Assembly (NCBI GenBank): GCA_030739735.1
Contig: JASLYQ010000010.1
Location: forward strand, 16,712-80,711
DNA from: Alphaproteobacteria bacterium
GTDB taxonomy: Bacteria; Pseudomonadota; Alphaproteobacteria; UBA7887
Length of the DNA stretch: 64,000 nucleotides
Reading direction: 5' to 3'
Shown here: positions 1 through 9,451 of the stretch, piece by piece
Position numbering within the stretch: the stretch's first letter is position 1
Layout: each line of letters starts with the position of its first letter
The notes under the pieces: generated by a model
Databases searched by the model: none
Told to the model about the DNA's origin: nothing
What the model saw: the letters and a program-made list of their open reading frames with translations, nothing else
Made by a program: the position numbers and the translations under genes

Positions 1-357
1 CGCCAGGGCCTCGGCCACCCGCCGTTCACGATCGCCTATGCGATGCACGGCCAGTGGCTCGCCCAAGCACTCGTCGATGCGGTGGCGAGGATTGAGCGAG
101 CCATAGGGATCCTGGAAGACCATTTGTAGTGTGCGCGGCAGCATGCGTGGACGATGGGGATCGCGCTTGCCACCATTGATGACGATGCGACCACGCCAAT
201 TGCGTGCCAGCCCAGCCACGGCGCGCAACACAGTGGTCTTGCCGCAGCCGGATTCACCGACCAGCCCCAGGACCTCGCCGCGCGCTACATGGAGCGACAA
301 CTCGTGCACAGCCGTCACATCCTGATAGTTGAGCGAGAAGCCCTCGATCTCGATCAT
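1..357 (-). CDS. ABC transporter ATP-binding protein (DppF/OppF-like), N-terminal part; gene runs off the window
   Basis: Manual minus-strand translation from the ATG at 355-357 gives MIEIEGFSLNYQDVTAVHELSLHVARGEVLGLVGESGCGKTTVLRAVAGL..., with Walker A GESGCGKTT. The start overlaps the stop of the upstream ATPase (ATGA). It is absent from the ORF track because it is truncated by the window edge. Confidence 0.8.
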   Translation of the reverse strand, partial: MIEIEGFSLNYQDVTAVHELSLHVARGEVLGLVGESGCGKTTVLRAVAGLARNWRGRIVINGGKRDPHRPRMLPRTLQMVFQDPYGSLNPRHRIDECLGEPLAVHRIGDRERRVAEALA

Positions 358-1118
358 GGCGTTGCCAGCAGCTTCGGCGCGGCATCCAGTAGTGCGCGCG
401 TATATGGGTGTGTTGCTTCGTCTAGCTCGGACAGTGTCTCGACCACCTTACCCTCGCGCATGACCAACACGCGGTCGCAGAAACGGCCGACCAGGGACAG
501 GTCGTGACTGATCAGGATCAGACCCATACCGCGGGCCTGGACCTGGCCATCCAGCTCGGCCAGCACGCGCTCGCGGGCGATGATGTCAAGGGCTGAGGTG
601 GGTTCATCAGCTATCAGCAAAGCCGGATCTGGAGCTAGCATCATGGCGATCATGGCGCGCTGGCCGAGCCCGCCCGAGAGTTCGTGCGGATAGGCCTGCC
701 AAACCCGCGCCGCATCGCCCACATGCACGGATTTCAGTAGAGCCAGCCCAGCTACGCGCGCGCCAGAGCCGCGAAGGCCACGATGGCGACGCAGTGTCTC
801 GCCAATTTGCGCACCGACGGTCATGACAGGGTTCAGGGCATGCCGGGCGTCCTGGAGGATCATCGCCAGACGATCGCCGCGCAAGCGAGCAAGCTCAGAA
901 AGCAACATCTCGCGGCCTTGCAAGGCTAGATGCTCGACCGACACTGACGCATGCGACCCGAGCATGCCCATCAGCGCCCGTCCCACGCTCGACTTACCGG
1001 CGCCTGATTGCCCAACAATTCCGAGTTTCTCCTGCCCCAAGGAAAAGCTCACATCCGCGACTACGGGCGCTGCGCCATAATCGACGGTGAGCGCTTTAAC
1101 TTCAAGCAACGTGCTCAT
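354..1118 (-). CDS. ABC transporter ATP-binding protein (DppD/OppD-like)
   Basis: The ORF 354..1262 contains the Walker A GQSGAGKSS, the LSGGLGQR signature and the Walker B LLIADEPTSALD. The likely true start is MSTLLEVKALTVDYG (ATG 1116-1118), which overlaps the stop of the upstream permease. Confidence 0.85.
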   Translation of the reverse strand: MSTLLEVKALTVDYGAAPVVADVSFSLGQEKLGIVGQSGAGKSSVGRALMGMLGSHASVSVEHLALQGREMLLSELARLRGDRLAMILQDARHALNPVMTVGAQIGETLRRHRGLRGSGARVAGLALLKSVHVGDAARVWQAYPHELSGGLGQRAMIAMMLAPDPALLIADEPTSALDIIARERVLAELDGQVQARGMGLILISHDLSLVGRFCDRVLVMREGKVVETLSELDEATHPYTRALLDAAPKLLATP

Positions 1119-1927
1119 GTCCGCGGATCCAGCACATCGCGCAAGCCATCGCCAAGCAGATTGAAGCCGAGGCTGACGAAAACGATGGCAAGTCCCGGTA
1201 CTGTCGCGACCCACCACTGATCGAATAGATATTCGCGACCCGCTGCGATCATCGCCCCCCACTCTGGCGTTGAAGGCGGAACGCCGAGACCGAGAAAGCC
1301 GAAGCCAGCGACAGTGAGAACAATTCCGGCCATGTCGAGCGTTATACGAACGACCAGTGAGTTAACACACATGGGCATAATTTGTCGACGAACGATGCGC
1401 CATGTCGAAGCACCTTGTAGGCGCGCTGCAGCAACAAAATCGCTGTCGCGTATACTCAACGTCTCGGCCCGAGCAACGCGGGCGTAAACAGGCCATGCGG
1501 TGACAGCGATCGCCAGCACCGCATTCTCTAGCCCGGCGCCGAGTGCTGCTGCCAGCGCCAAGGCCAGAATCAGACGTGGAAAGGCAAGAAAAATATCCGT
1601 GAGCCGCATCAGCGCGATATCAGCCCAGCCGCCGAGCATCCCAGCGAGACAGCCGAGAACGAAACCCAGCGGTGCCGCCGTCACAGTCACCAACACGATG
1701 ATGAGAAGCGTCGTGCGGGCACCCCATAGCATGCGCGAGAGGATGTCGCGACCTAGCTCGTCGGTGCCGAGGGGATGCCCGCCGCCCGCCGCCATCAAAC
1801 GCGAATCTAGGTTTTGTCCCAAGGGATCATAAGGGGCTAACCAAGGCGCGAACAGCGCTGCCAATACCAATATGCCAACGATGACGATGCCGACCGCAGC
1901 TACCGGATTGCTGAACAGCGCCCTCAT
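1115..1927 (-). CDS. Peptide ABC transporter permease (DppC/OppC-like)
   Basis: 270 aa with multiple TM helices and an N-terminal signature typical of DppC/OppC (…LAPYDPLGQNLDSRLMAAGGGHPLGTDELGRDILSRMLWGAR…). Confidence 0.85.
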   Translation of the reverse strand: MRALFSNPVAAVGIVIVGILVLAALFAPWLAPYDPLGQNLDSRLMAAGGGHPLGTDELGRDILSRMLWGARTTLLIIVLVTVTAAPLGFVLGCLAGMLGGWADIALMRLTDIFLAFPRLILALALAAALGAGLENAVLAIAVTAWPVYARVARAETLSIRDSDFVAAARLQGASTWRIVRRQIMPMCVNSLVVRITLDMAGIVLTVAGFGFLGLGVPPSTPEWGAMIAAGREYLFDQWWVATVPGLAIVFVSLGFNLLGDGLRDVLDPRT

Positions 1928-2949
1928 GACACGCGCGGGTCCAGCAGGGTGTAAAGCAGATCGGCGATCAGGTTGAGACCGAGGAAAACCACGCCGATGA
2001 CAAGCGTGCTGCCAAGCACCGCGTTCATATCAGCATTGAGCAGAGAGTTAGTCATATAGCTGCCAAGGCCGGGCCATGCGAACACAGTCTCGGTCAAGAC
2101 CGAACCTTCGAGCAGAGCGCCATAGGAGAGTGCCACCACCGTGACCAATGGAACAGCCGCATTGGCGAGCGCGTGACGCCAGACCACGCGCGCTTCGGAC
2201 ATGCCCTTGGCGCGCGCTGCCAGCACATATTCCTGGCCCAGCTGCTCGACCATCAGGCTGCGGGTCATGCGCGCAATGTAGGCCACGGAAAAACTGCCCA
2301 AGACCAGAGCCGGCAAAGCCAGATGCGACAGGGCATTGCCGAGGATAGCCCACTCACCATCGAGCGCAGCATCGAACAGCAGCAGGCCTGTGACCGGTGC
2401 AACAATGTCCTCGTAGTAGACATCGATGCGGCCCGGGCCAGCGGCCCAGCCAAGATTGGCATAGAACACCAGCAGCACGATCATGGCGAGCCAGAATGCC
2501 GGCGTCGAATAGCCGAGCAGGGAGACCACGCGCACGAGATGGTCAGGCCAACGCCCACGCCGGCTTGCCGCCAATACACCAGCGGGCACGCCGAGCGCGA
2601 TGCCAATCATGATGGCTACGGTCGCAAGCTCCATCGTGGCGGGAAAATAGCGGACGATATCGTCCACCACCGGACGGGTGGTGACGACGCTTGTACCGAA
2701 GTCGCCCGAAAAGATACCTTGCAGGTAGAGCCCGAACTGTATGGCGAGAGAGCGGTCGAGCCCCATCGCCACTTTGGCAGCGGCATAGGTCTCGGGGCTT
2801 GCGCGGTCGCCGACCACCGCCAGGACTGGGTCGATTGGGATCACCCGGCCAATGATAAAGGTCACCACAAGGAGCCCGAACAGCGTGAAGGCAACACCGG
2901 CAAACTGCTGCGCCGCTGCAGCCAGACGGCGCTTACTTACTGATGCCAT
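1924..2949 (-). CDS. Peptide ABC transporter permease (DppB/OppB-like)
   Basis: 341-aa polytopic membrane protein with a C-terminal …IADLLYTLLDPRV motif typical of DppB-family permeases. Its stop overlaps the start of the downstream permease by 4 nt. Confidence 0.85.
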   Translation of the reverse strand: MASVSKRRLAAAAQQFAGVAFTLFGLLVVTFIIGRVIPIDPVLAVVGDRASPETYAAAKVAMGLDRSLAIQFGLYLQGIFSGDFGTSVVTTRPVVDDIVRYFPATMELATVAIMIGIALGVPAGVLAASRRGRWPDHLVRVVSLLGYSTPAFWLAMIVLLVFYANLGWAAGPGRIDVYYEDIVAPVTGLLLFDAALDGEWAILGNALSHLALPALVLGSFSVAYIARMTRSLMVEQLGQEYVLAARAKGMSEARVVWRHALANAAVPLVTVVALSYGALLEGSVLTETVFAWPGLGSYMTNSLLNADMNAVLGSTLVIGVVFLGLNLIADLLYTLLDPRVS

Positions 2950-4498
2950 GGTACAGCGTCTGGTCGCTGGTGAGACCCGCCGTAAAACCTTTGACGCCAG
3001 CCGTAAGCGCGATCAGCTCATTCTCCTGGAACAGCACGATGAAAGGCGAATCCGCCTGGATGCGGCGTTGCAGCTCACCATAAATCTTGGCGCGGCGCGC
3101 GGTGTCCCGCTCCAGCACTGCCTGCTCGGCCAACGCCGTTATCTCAGGAATCTCCCAGCCGTTGCGCCAAGCTAGCGTACGCTCGCGCGCGTCGTCGCTG
3201 TTGTCGGGATTGCGGGCGAAGGTCGAGGCATTGGTGTGCGGATCGAGATAGTCGGGTCCCCACTGGCCAATAAAAATCTCGTGGCGGCGAGCGCGGTAGC
3301 GGGTCAGAACTTGCTTGCCTGTTCCGGGCAGAATCTCCACGGCCACGCCGGCCTCGGCCATCGACGCCTGTATCGCCTGGGCCACCAGCATCATCACCGG
3401 GTCGGAACGCACATCCATACCGACACTGAAGCCGTCGGCCAGACCGGCCTCCGCTAACAACGCCTTCGCCTGCGCTGGGCGATAGGCAAAGGGGCGCTCT
3501 TCCAACGCCGCGAAAAAGCCCTTCGGCAGAAAACTCTGATGTGCGCTGGCGCGGCCGGCAAGCAGCGTCGCCGCAATAGCTTCGTAGTCGACCAACTGTC
3601 GCAAGGCTCGGCGCACCTCCGGGCGGCCGAGCAGAGGATGGCGTTGGTTGAGTGCCATGTAAAATAGGCGCGCCCGTGGCACGGTGAGCACACGAATGTT
3701 CTCATCTTTCGCCAGCGCCGCGATCTGGTCAGGCCCCAGATTTCGTGCAGCGTCAATATCGCCGGCTTCCAGCAGCAACCTTTGCGTGGCAGGTTCGCGA
3801 ATGTCGCGCAGGACCACGCGCTTGAGCGCCGGTTTGCCGCCGGAATACTCAGGATTGGCGTCGAGCAGCAGGTACTCGCCCGGCTGCCAGCGCTTCAGCG
3901 TAAAGGGCCCGGAACCCGCGGCGTGACTGCGCAACCAATCCGACTTCCTGCCAGCGACTGCTTCTCGGTCCACCACGGACGCGATCCCCGCAGAGAGCAC
4001 ATTCAATACCAGAGAGGGTGCATAGGCACGGTCCAAGCCGAGCACAAATCGTCGCGCATCGAGCGCCCGAATCCGATCCTGCACCGACGCCGCCGTCAGC
4101 CCCAGTTGGGTGAGGATGAAGCTCGGCGCCTTGTTAAGAGTCACCCCGCGCCGCAGGGAAAAGACGGCATCCGCCGCCTCGATGGACCTGTCGCCGGGAA
4201 ATGTCAGGTCGTCGCGCAGGGTGAACGTGAAGACACGTCCATCATGACTCACCTGCCAACTTTCCACGATCTCGCCGACCGGATTGGCGGGATCGTCCGG
4301 GTTGGCACGGAACAGGCGCTGATAGAGGTTGGCGTTGATCTCCATGCCCGAGAACTCGAAAACCTCGGCCGGATCTAGGCTCACCAGATCGTCCAACGCC
4401 TTTGCCATAACGAAAACGGAGCGCGGCGTGCCAGCCACCGCAGGAGAGACGGCGGCCAGCAAAGCGAGCACGAAAAGCAGGTGGCGTGACTTGGGCAT
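2933..4498 (-). CDS. ABC transporter substrate-binding protein, family 5 (DppA/OppA-like), secreted
   Basis: 521 aa with an N-terminal signal peptide MPKSRHLLFVLALLAAVSPAVAG. It is the first gene of a five-gene operon (SBP-permease-permease-ATPase-ATPase) on the minus strand. Confidence 0.8.
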   Translation of the reverse strand: MPKSRHLLFVLALLAAVSPAVAGTPRSVFVMAKALDDLVSLDPAEVFEFSGMEINANLYQRLFRANPDDPANPVGEIVESWQVSHDGRVFTFTLRDDLTFPGDRSIEAADAVFSLRRGVTLNKAPSFILTQLGLTAASVQDRIRALDARRFVLGLDRAYAPSLVLNVLSAGIASVVDREAVAGRKSDWLRSHAAGSGPFTLKRWQPGEYLLLDANPEYSGGKPALKRVVLRDIREPATQRLLLEAGDIDAARNLGPDQIAALAKDENIRVLTVPRARLFYMALNQRHPLLGRPEVRRALRQLVDYEAIAATLLAGRASAHQSFLPKGFFAALEERPFAYRPAQAKALLAEAGLADGFSVGMDVRSDPVMMLVAQAIQASMAEAGVAVEILPGTGKQVLTRYRARRHEIFIGQWGPDYLDPHTNASTFARNPDNSDDARERTLAWRNGWEIPEITALAEQAVLERDTARRAKIYGELQRRIQADSPFIVLFQENELIALTAGVKGFTAGLTSDQTLYHGISK

Positions 4499-4558
4499 AG
4501 GCCGTCTCTATAGTCTCGCGCTCTCCGCCATCCGGCGCAACACCTGCACCCTTGGACA

Positions 4559-5725
4559 TTGATGACTGGTCAAATCCTCAGCCCCACCGAGATGATCGCC
4601 CGCCTGGTGTCGTTCGATACCACCAGCCACAAGTCGAACCTGGCGCTGATCGACTTCGTCGCTAACTATCTGGCCGGCCACGGCATCGAATCGACGCGAA
4701 TATTTGACGACGAAGGCAGGAAGGCGAATCTGTTCGCTACCATCGGCGACGAAGCCGATGGCGGCATTGTGCTGTCGGGACATACGGACGTGGTACCGGT
4801 AGATGACCAGGACTGGACTGACGACCCCTTCATCATGGTTGAACGCAACGATTGCCTGTTCGGGCGCGGCACCGCCGACATGAAGAGCTTCATTGCGGTC
4901 GCCCTTACCGCGGTGCCCGATCTCATCGCCGCGCGGCCGCGTATTCCCGTGCATCTTGCGCTCTCCTATGATGAGGAGGTGGGCTGCCTCGGTGCGCCGC
5001 GGTTGGTCGAACTGCTCAAGGCGGCACCTTTCACACCCATGGCGGTGATTGTCGGCGAGCCGACCCTGATGAGGGTCGTTGACCGCCATAAGAGTGGCAA
5101 TCGTTTCGTAACGGAAGTAACTGGGCGCGAGGCCCACTCTGCCCACACCGACAAGGGCGTCAGTGCGAATCTTGTTGCCGGCCGCCTGATCGCCTTCCTC
5201 GACGGTCTGATGCGCCAAGCCTGGACCCGCCGGGACGACGGCTTTGACCCCCCTTACGACACCTTGCATGTGGGCGTTGTCGAAGGCGGCACGGCAAGCA
5301 ACATCCTGGCGCGGCGCTGCCGCTTCATCTGGGAGGTTCGCAGCCTTCCCAGCACGGATCTGGAGCGCGAGTTCCTGGCACCTTTTCAGACCTTCATCAA
5401 CGACGAAGTGTTGCCGGAAATGCATGCCGTCGCACCCGAGGCGAATATCGTGACGCAAGCGACCGTGTCCATGGAAGCCTTGGCGCCAACGGTCGATTCG
5501 CCTGCCGAAGCCCTGGCCCGCAAGCTCGCCGGCTTTAACGGCCCTACCGGTTCCGTGTCTTTCGGCACCGAAGGCGGCCTGTTCGCCGGCGGCGGCGTTC
5601 CGACGGTGGTTTGCGGGCCCGGCAGCATCCTGCAGGCGCACAAGGCCGATGAATATATCGATATGTCTCAAGTCGAAGCCTGCATCACGTTTATGGAGCG
5701 CCTGGTCGATCACGTTCGGCGCTGA
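4559..5725 (+). CDS. argE: Acetylornithine deacetylase (M20 peptidase family, ArgE)
   Basis: The 388-aa N-terminus MMTGQILSPTEMIARLVSFDTTSHKSNLALIDFVANYL…GHTDVVPV is characteristic of ArgE/M20 metal-binding motifs. Confidence 0.75.
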   Translation: MMTGQILSPTEMIARLVSFDTTSHKSNLALIDFVANYLAGHGIESTRIFDDEGRKANLFATIGDEADGGIVLSGHTDVVPVDDQDWTDDPFIMVERNDCLFGRGTADMKSFIAVALTAVPDLIAARPRIPVHLALSYDEEVGCLGAPRLVELLKAAPFTPMAVIVGEPTLMRVVDRHKSGNRFVTEVTGREAHSAHTDKGVSANLVAGRLIAFLDGLMRQAWTRRDDGFDPPYDTLHVGVVEGGTASNILARRCRFIWEVRSLPSTDLEREFLAPFQTFINDEVLPEMHAVAPEANIVTQATVSMEALAPTVDSPAEALARKLAGFNGPTGSVSFGTEGGLFAGGGVPTVVCGPGSILQAHKADEYIDMSQVEACITFMERLVDHVRR

Positions 5726-6428
5726 GGGCTTCCTCTTCCAGCGCACGGGTTTCGCCCTCGATCACAGCCTCAAGCCGACTCATAAATGCCGTGCGATCAA
5801 GTCCCGGTGGAATCGGCTCGAGTGCGCTAAGAATGAGTCGCCGCGATCGCTTAAGGAAAGCCCGTCTCCCCCAGGTCAGCCCGGAGTTGACCGCCACCGG
5901 CACCACGGGCACGCCAAGATGGCGGTAGAGCGCTGCCACGCCTGGATGGTAGGGCTGGCTCTCACCCGGCGGCACGCGCGTCCCTTCCGGGAAAATGACG
6001 GGCTGCCGGCCACCTGCCACCGCCGCCTCGACATCGTGCAGCATGGCTTTCAGGGCGCGTGGGCCGGTCGCGCGATCGACCGCCACCTGCCCCGTTTTGA
6101 CGAGATACCAGCCAAAGAAAGGGATCCAGGTCAGTTCGCGCTTCAGAATGAAGCAGGGATCCGCGATGATGCGGTTGAGCGCGATGGTCTCCCAGGCTGA
6201 TTGATGCTTGCAAGCTACTAGGCACGGGCCCCGCAAACGCGCCGTGCCGCGCACCTCGATGTTGGCGCCGACAACGTGGCATAGCAGGTAGTCCACAGCC
6301 CAGGCCCAAAACCGGACCGTGCGCAGAAAGATCTGCCGCGGCAGCAGCAACGCCGGAAACAGCAAAAGAGCCAGCAGTATCGTGAGGCCGAAGAAGCTGA
6401 GATTAAAAAGGAGAGACCGGATAAGCAT
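5691..6428 (-). CDS. plsC: 1-acyl-sn-glycerol-3-phosphate (lysophospholipid) acyltransferase, PlsC family
   Basis: Acyltransferase HxxxxD/E box (CKHQSAWE) and an FPEGTR motif are present, with an N-terminal TM segment. The ORF-track start (6509) overlaps the upstream gene. The likely start is MLIRSLLFNLSFF at 6428, which overlaps the stop of the DUF218 gene by 1 nt. Confidence 0.75.
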   Translation of the reverse strand: MLIRSLLFNLSFFGLTILLALLLFPALLLPRQIFLRTVRFWAWAVDYLLCHVVGANIEVRGTARLRGPCLVACKHQSAWETIALNRIIADPCFILKRELTWIPFFGWYLVKTGQVAVDRATGPRALKAMLHDVEAAVAGGRQPVIFPEGTRVPPGESQPYHPGVAALYRHLGVPVVPVAVNSGLTWGRRAFLKRSRRLILSALEPIPPGLDRTAFMSRLEAVIEGETRALEEEALSAERDRPGAP

Positions 6429-6994
6429 CAACGAATAACGAAGCGCGACAGCAGATATTTGCCATATTCGGAGACCAGCAGCATCAGCGTGCCGGGATGG
6501 CGCCACCAATCGCGAAGGGGCACGCTATCAGGAAACACCGGATGAGCGATAAGGGTAATCTCAGGCATCGCACGGTGAAACTCCAACAGGCTGCGCGGCA
6601 TGTGATAAGCGGCGGTAACCAGTCTCAGGCTGCCGTAGCTCTGCTTCGACATCCATGCGGCCGTCTCCATGGCATTGCCCCGAGTATCGTCCGCCTCATG
6701 GCCCAGAGCGACGCGCGCGACGTTGTCACTGCCACCATCGGCCCGAGCCACGCGCAGTAACTCCTCGACATCGACGCCGCGGTAGACGCCCGAGACGAAG
6801 AGTTTATCACCGAGGCCCCGCTCCAGTAGTTCCAGCCCTTCGACAAGGCGTCCACTACCGCCCGTGAGCACAATGATGGCATCGCTCTTTTGATCCGGAA
6901 TACTTACCGCTGTCGGCAAACCGGTAACGAATCGCGCCAGGCCGATTGTGCCAACCAGTAGTAATGCAAGAATGCTGAGACTAACAAACCGCAT
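6428..6994 (-). CDS. YdcF/ElyC (DUF218) family protein
   Basis: 188 aa with an N-terminal TM/signal segment followed by the DUF218 core (…DAIIVLTGGSGRLVEGLELLERGLGDKLFVSGV…). It is part of the conserved ftsE-ftsX-DUF218-plsC array. Confidence 0.7.
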   Translation of the reverse strand: MRFVSLSILALLLVGTIGLARFVTGLPTAVSIPDQKSDAIIVLTGGSGRLVEGLELLERGLGDKLFVSGVYRGVDVEELLRVARADGGSDNVARVALGHEADDTRGNAMETAAWMSKQSYGSLRLVTAAYHMPRSLLEFHRAMPEITLIAHPVFPDSVPLRDWWRHPGTLMLLVSEYGKYLLSRFVIR

Positions 6995-7864
6995 TCAAGG
7001 CATCCTGGCCAGAGAGCGTAGCACCGTCAGCCGCGCTGAATACATGGCAATGATGCCGGTAAGAAACGGCAACACTACCAGAACGGATAACCCAAAAATA
7101 CCAAGCGAAAGCTCCGGCAACAACGGCGCATCGATACGACCGCCGACATGGCTGAGGCCGAAGAGTGCGGCAAAGGCGAACAACACGCCGCAAGTGCCAC
7201 CGCGCAAACCCAACCACAGGGCATGGCGCTGAAAATGGCGCGCGATATAGTGATCGTTGGCGCCCAGAAGATGCAGCAGCTCAATCATGGAGCGCTGCGC
7301 CGCCAGGCCCGCACGGGTTGCAAAGATAACCGTGAGCACGCCGACGCCGGCAATCAGTAGCAACATGGCCCCCGCAACCAGCTGGGCCAGACGCGCCAAG
7401 TCGATAAGCCTTTCGACCCAGGCCTTGCCGGTATCGAGAGAGGCCTCCGGCACTACGTTGGCAAGCCTGGCACTAACTTCCTGCCAATCAACCAAGGCCC
7501 TGGGGACGACGGATACATCAATCAGAACCGGCAACGGCAGATCGGCTGGCAGGTTGTCCTGGCCGATCCAGGGCTCAATAAGTGCGGCAACGCGCGCGGG
7601 CGGTATTGGCTCCGCCGTTTCGATACCGATGGTGCGCTGCATCACTTCGAGCGCATCGTTCACCATCGCCGTATCGGCAGTAGCGGGAAGCTCGATCGTG
7701 ACCACCGCAAAATCGCCTGACTGCCAATATACGATAGCATGCTCGAGTGACATAAGCGCAGCCACAGCCAAGGCCGCGAAGAACGTCTTGAGGCCAATTG
7801 TCCAAGGCAAGAAGAGGTTGCTACCTTCGCGGTCAAATGATAGCGGCGGGACCACCTGAGCCAT
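6995..7864 (-). CDS. ftsX: Cell division ABC transporter permease FtsX
   Basis: 289 aa with FtsX-like topology (an N-terminal TM, a periplasmic domain and 3 C-terminal TMs). It lies immediately downstream of ftsE. Confidence 0.8.
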   Translation of the reverse strand: MAQVVPPLSFDREGSNLFLPWTIGLKTFFAALAVAALMSLEHAIVYWQSGDFAVVTIELPATADTAMVNDALEVMQRTIGIETAEPIPPARVAALIEPWIGQDNLPADLPLPVLIDVSVVPRALVDWQEVSARLANVVPEASLDTGKAWVERLIDLARLAQLVAGAMLLLIAGVGVLTVIFATRAGLAAQRSMIELLHLLGANDHYIARHFQRHALWLGLRGGTCGVLFAFAALFGLSHVGGRIDAPLLPELSLGIFGLSVLVVLPFLTGIIAMYSARLTVLRSLARMP

Positions 7865-7866
7865 TA

Positions 7867-8529
7867 CTATAACGCCTCACTGACGAGACGCCCGGCAGAG
7901 AGGTGCAGCCGCGAATGACCGCGGTCACGCGCCAACGCCTCGTCGTGAGTGGCGATCACGACGGAGGTATCGAGCTCGTTCAGGGCCTCGAAAAGACGCA
8001 TCAAACGCTCTCCATTGGCCGCATCTACATTGCCAGTAGGCTCGTCCGCCACCAACAGCATGGGCCGTCGCACCACGGCTCTGGCGATGGCCAGGCGCTG
8101 CTTCTCGCCGCCCGAGAGGGTTGGCGGGTAAGCCTCCATGCGATCGCCGAGACCGACCCAGTCGAGCAATTCCTCCACCGGCGCAGTAATCTCCGATTCG
8201 CGTGTACCCACCACATGCAACGGTAGTGCCACATTGTCGCGCGCCGTGAGATCGTCGAGTAGGCGAAAATCCTGAAAGACTACACCGATCCGCCGCCGCA
8301 GGCCGGCAAGCGTATTACGGTCAGCGGAAACCACATCCTCGTCAAAGACGCTTATCAGGCCCCGTGACGGCCGGTGCTCCAGATAGAGCAGGCGAAGCAG
8401 TGACGACTTCCCCGCGCCACTGGCGCCCGTAAGAAAATGGAAACTCCCTTGCTCCAGAGTAAAGGAGATGTCCTGCAACACTTCCGGACCAAGACCGTAT
8501 CGCATGCCGACATTCTCGAAGCGGACCAC
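7867..8529 (-). CDS. ftsE: Cell division ATP-binding protein FtsE
   Basis: Contains VRFENVGMRYG…GASGAGKSSLLRLL, LSGGEKQR and LLVADEPTGNVD motifs. The likely GTG start at 8529 gives MVRFENV…. The ORF-track extension to 8613 is probably spurious. Confidence 0.85.
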   Translation of the reverse strand: MVRFENVGMRYGLGPEVLQDISFTLEQGSFHFLTGASGAGKSSLLRLLYLEHRPSRGLISVFDEDVVSADRNTLAGLRRRIGVVFQDFRLLDDLTARDNVALPLHVVGTRESEITAPVEELLDWVGLGDRMEAYPPTLSGGEKQRLAIARAVVRRPMLLVADEPTGNVDAANGERLMRLFEALNELDTSVVIATHDEALARDRGHSRLHLSAGRLVSEAL

Positions 8530-8691
8530 CTCGCGCGGCCTCCCCCACCGACCAAGCAGAGGGCCAGAGTCGCACACACGCCGGACCCCAGTCCAGAGCT
8601 CAGCAGCTGCCATCTATCGGAGCCCAAGAAAAGCGGCTATGATCGCGCTGCTTTATGCCGGCTGAGGAGACAATCTCGCCGGAGAAATGAC

Positions 8692-9444
8692 ATGATTCTG
8701 AGCTGTCCTTCTTGTTCCACCCGGTTTTTCGTTGTTGACGAGGCGTTCGCCAGCGGCGGTCGCAGGCTGCGCTGCAGCAAATGTAAACACGACTGGTTCG
8801 AAGAAGCGCCTGACGCCACCGAAAAGGTTGTGGCCGTGGCTAGCCAGGAGAATGCGAAGGACGATATCGACGCCACGTTTGGCAAGGTGGCCTCTGACGA
8901 AGGCTCGGACGACAATATGCCACCGGTTGGAATCATCGGCGGCGGCGCAATTCGCGCAAGCCAAAACGGCGGCGGCTCCTGGATCAGCTGGCCAGCCCTG
9001 GTCAGTATGCTCGTCGCCCTGATAGCAGGGTTGGCACTGCTTTCGGATAGCGTTATCGCCACTTGGCCGCCTGCAAAACAGCTTTATGCCATGGTCGGCC
9101 TGCCCATCACGGAGCTCGGCGAAGGGTTGGAGATTCGAAATATCGAAGCTCGATTCGAACCCGCTCCCAATGGCTCGCGGCTGATTATCCTCGGCGACGT
9201 CGTCAATATCTCAAGCCACGCCCGAACCGTGCCGATGGTCCGCGTGGTACTACGCGACGACCAGGATACGGACCTGGGCGGTTGGCTCTTCCAAGCCACC
9301 GATCTCAAGATGATGCCCTCGGAGACGGTCTCCTTCCGCACAATCCACGAATCGCCGCCGAATGCGGCGAGGGATGCGGTCTTGGGCTTTACGGAGACGC
9401 CAACCGAAGCGGCGCCATCGCAGGAAAGCTCACCAGCTCAGTAA
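8692..9444 (+). CDS. MJ0042-type zinc-ribbon / DUF3426 family protein
   Basis: A likely start at MILSCPSCSTRFFVVDEAFASGGRRLRCSKCKHDWF (two CxxC pairs) is followed by a TM segment and a C-terminal domain. It is the usual divergent neighbour of ftsE in alphaproteobacteria. Confidence 0.7.
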   Translation: MILSCPSCSTRFFVVDEAFASGGRRLRCSKCKHDWFEEAPDATEKVVAVASQENAKDDIDATFGKVASDEGSDDNMPPVGIIGGGAIRASQNGGGSWISWPALVSMLVALIAGLALLSDSVIATWPPAKQLYAMVGLPITELGEGLEIRNIEARFEPAPNGSRLIILGDVVNISSHARTVPMVRVVLRDDQDTDLGGWLFQATDLKMMPSETVSFRTIHESPPNAARDAVLGFTETPTEAAPSQESSPAQ

Positions 9445-9451
9445 CTTTAGC

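Noticed and set aside
5649-6200. Plus-strand 183-aa ORF overlapping the argE end and plsC
   Set aside because: It is antisense to plsC and has no recognisable motifs. argE ends at 5725 in another frame.
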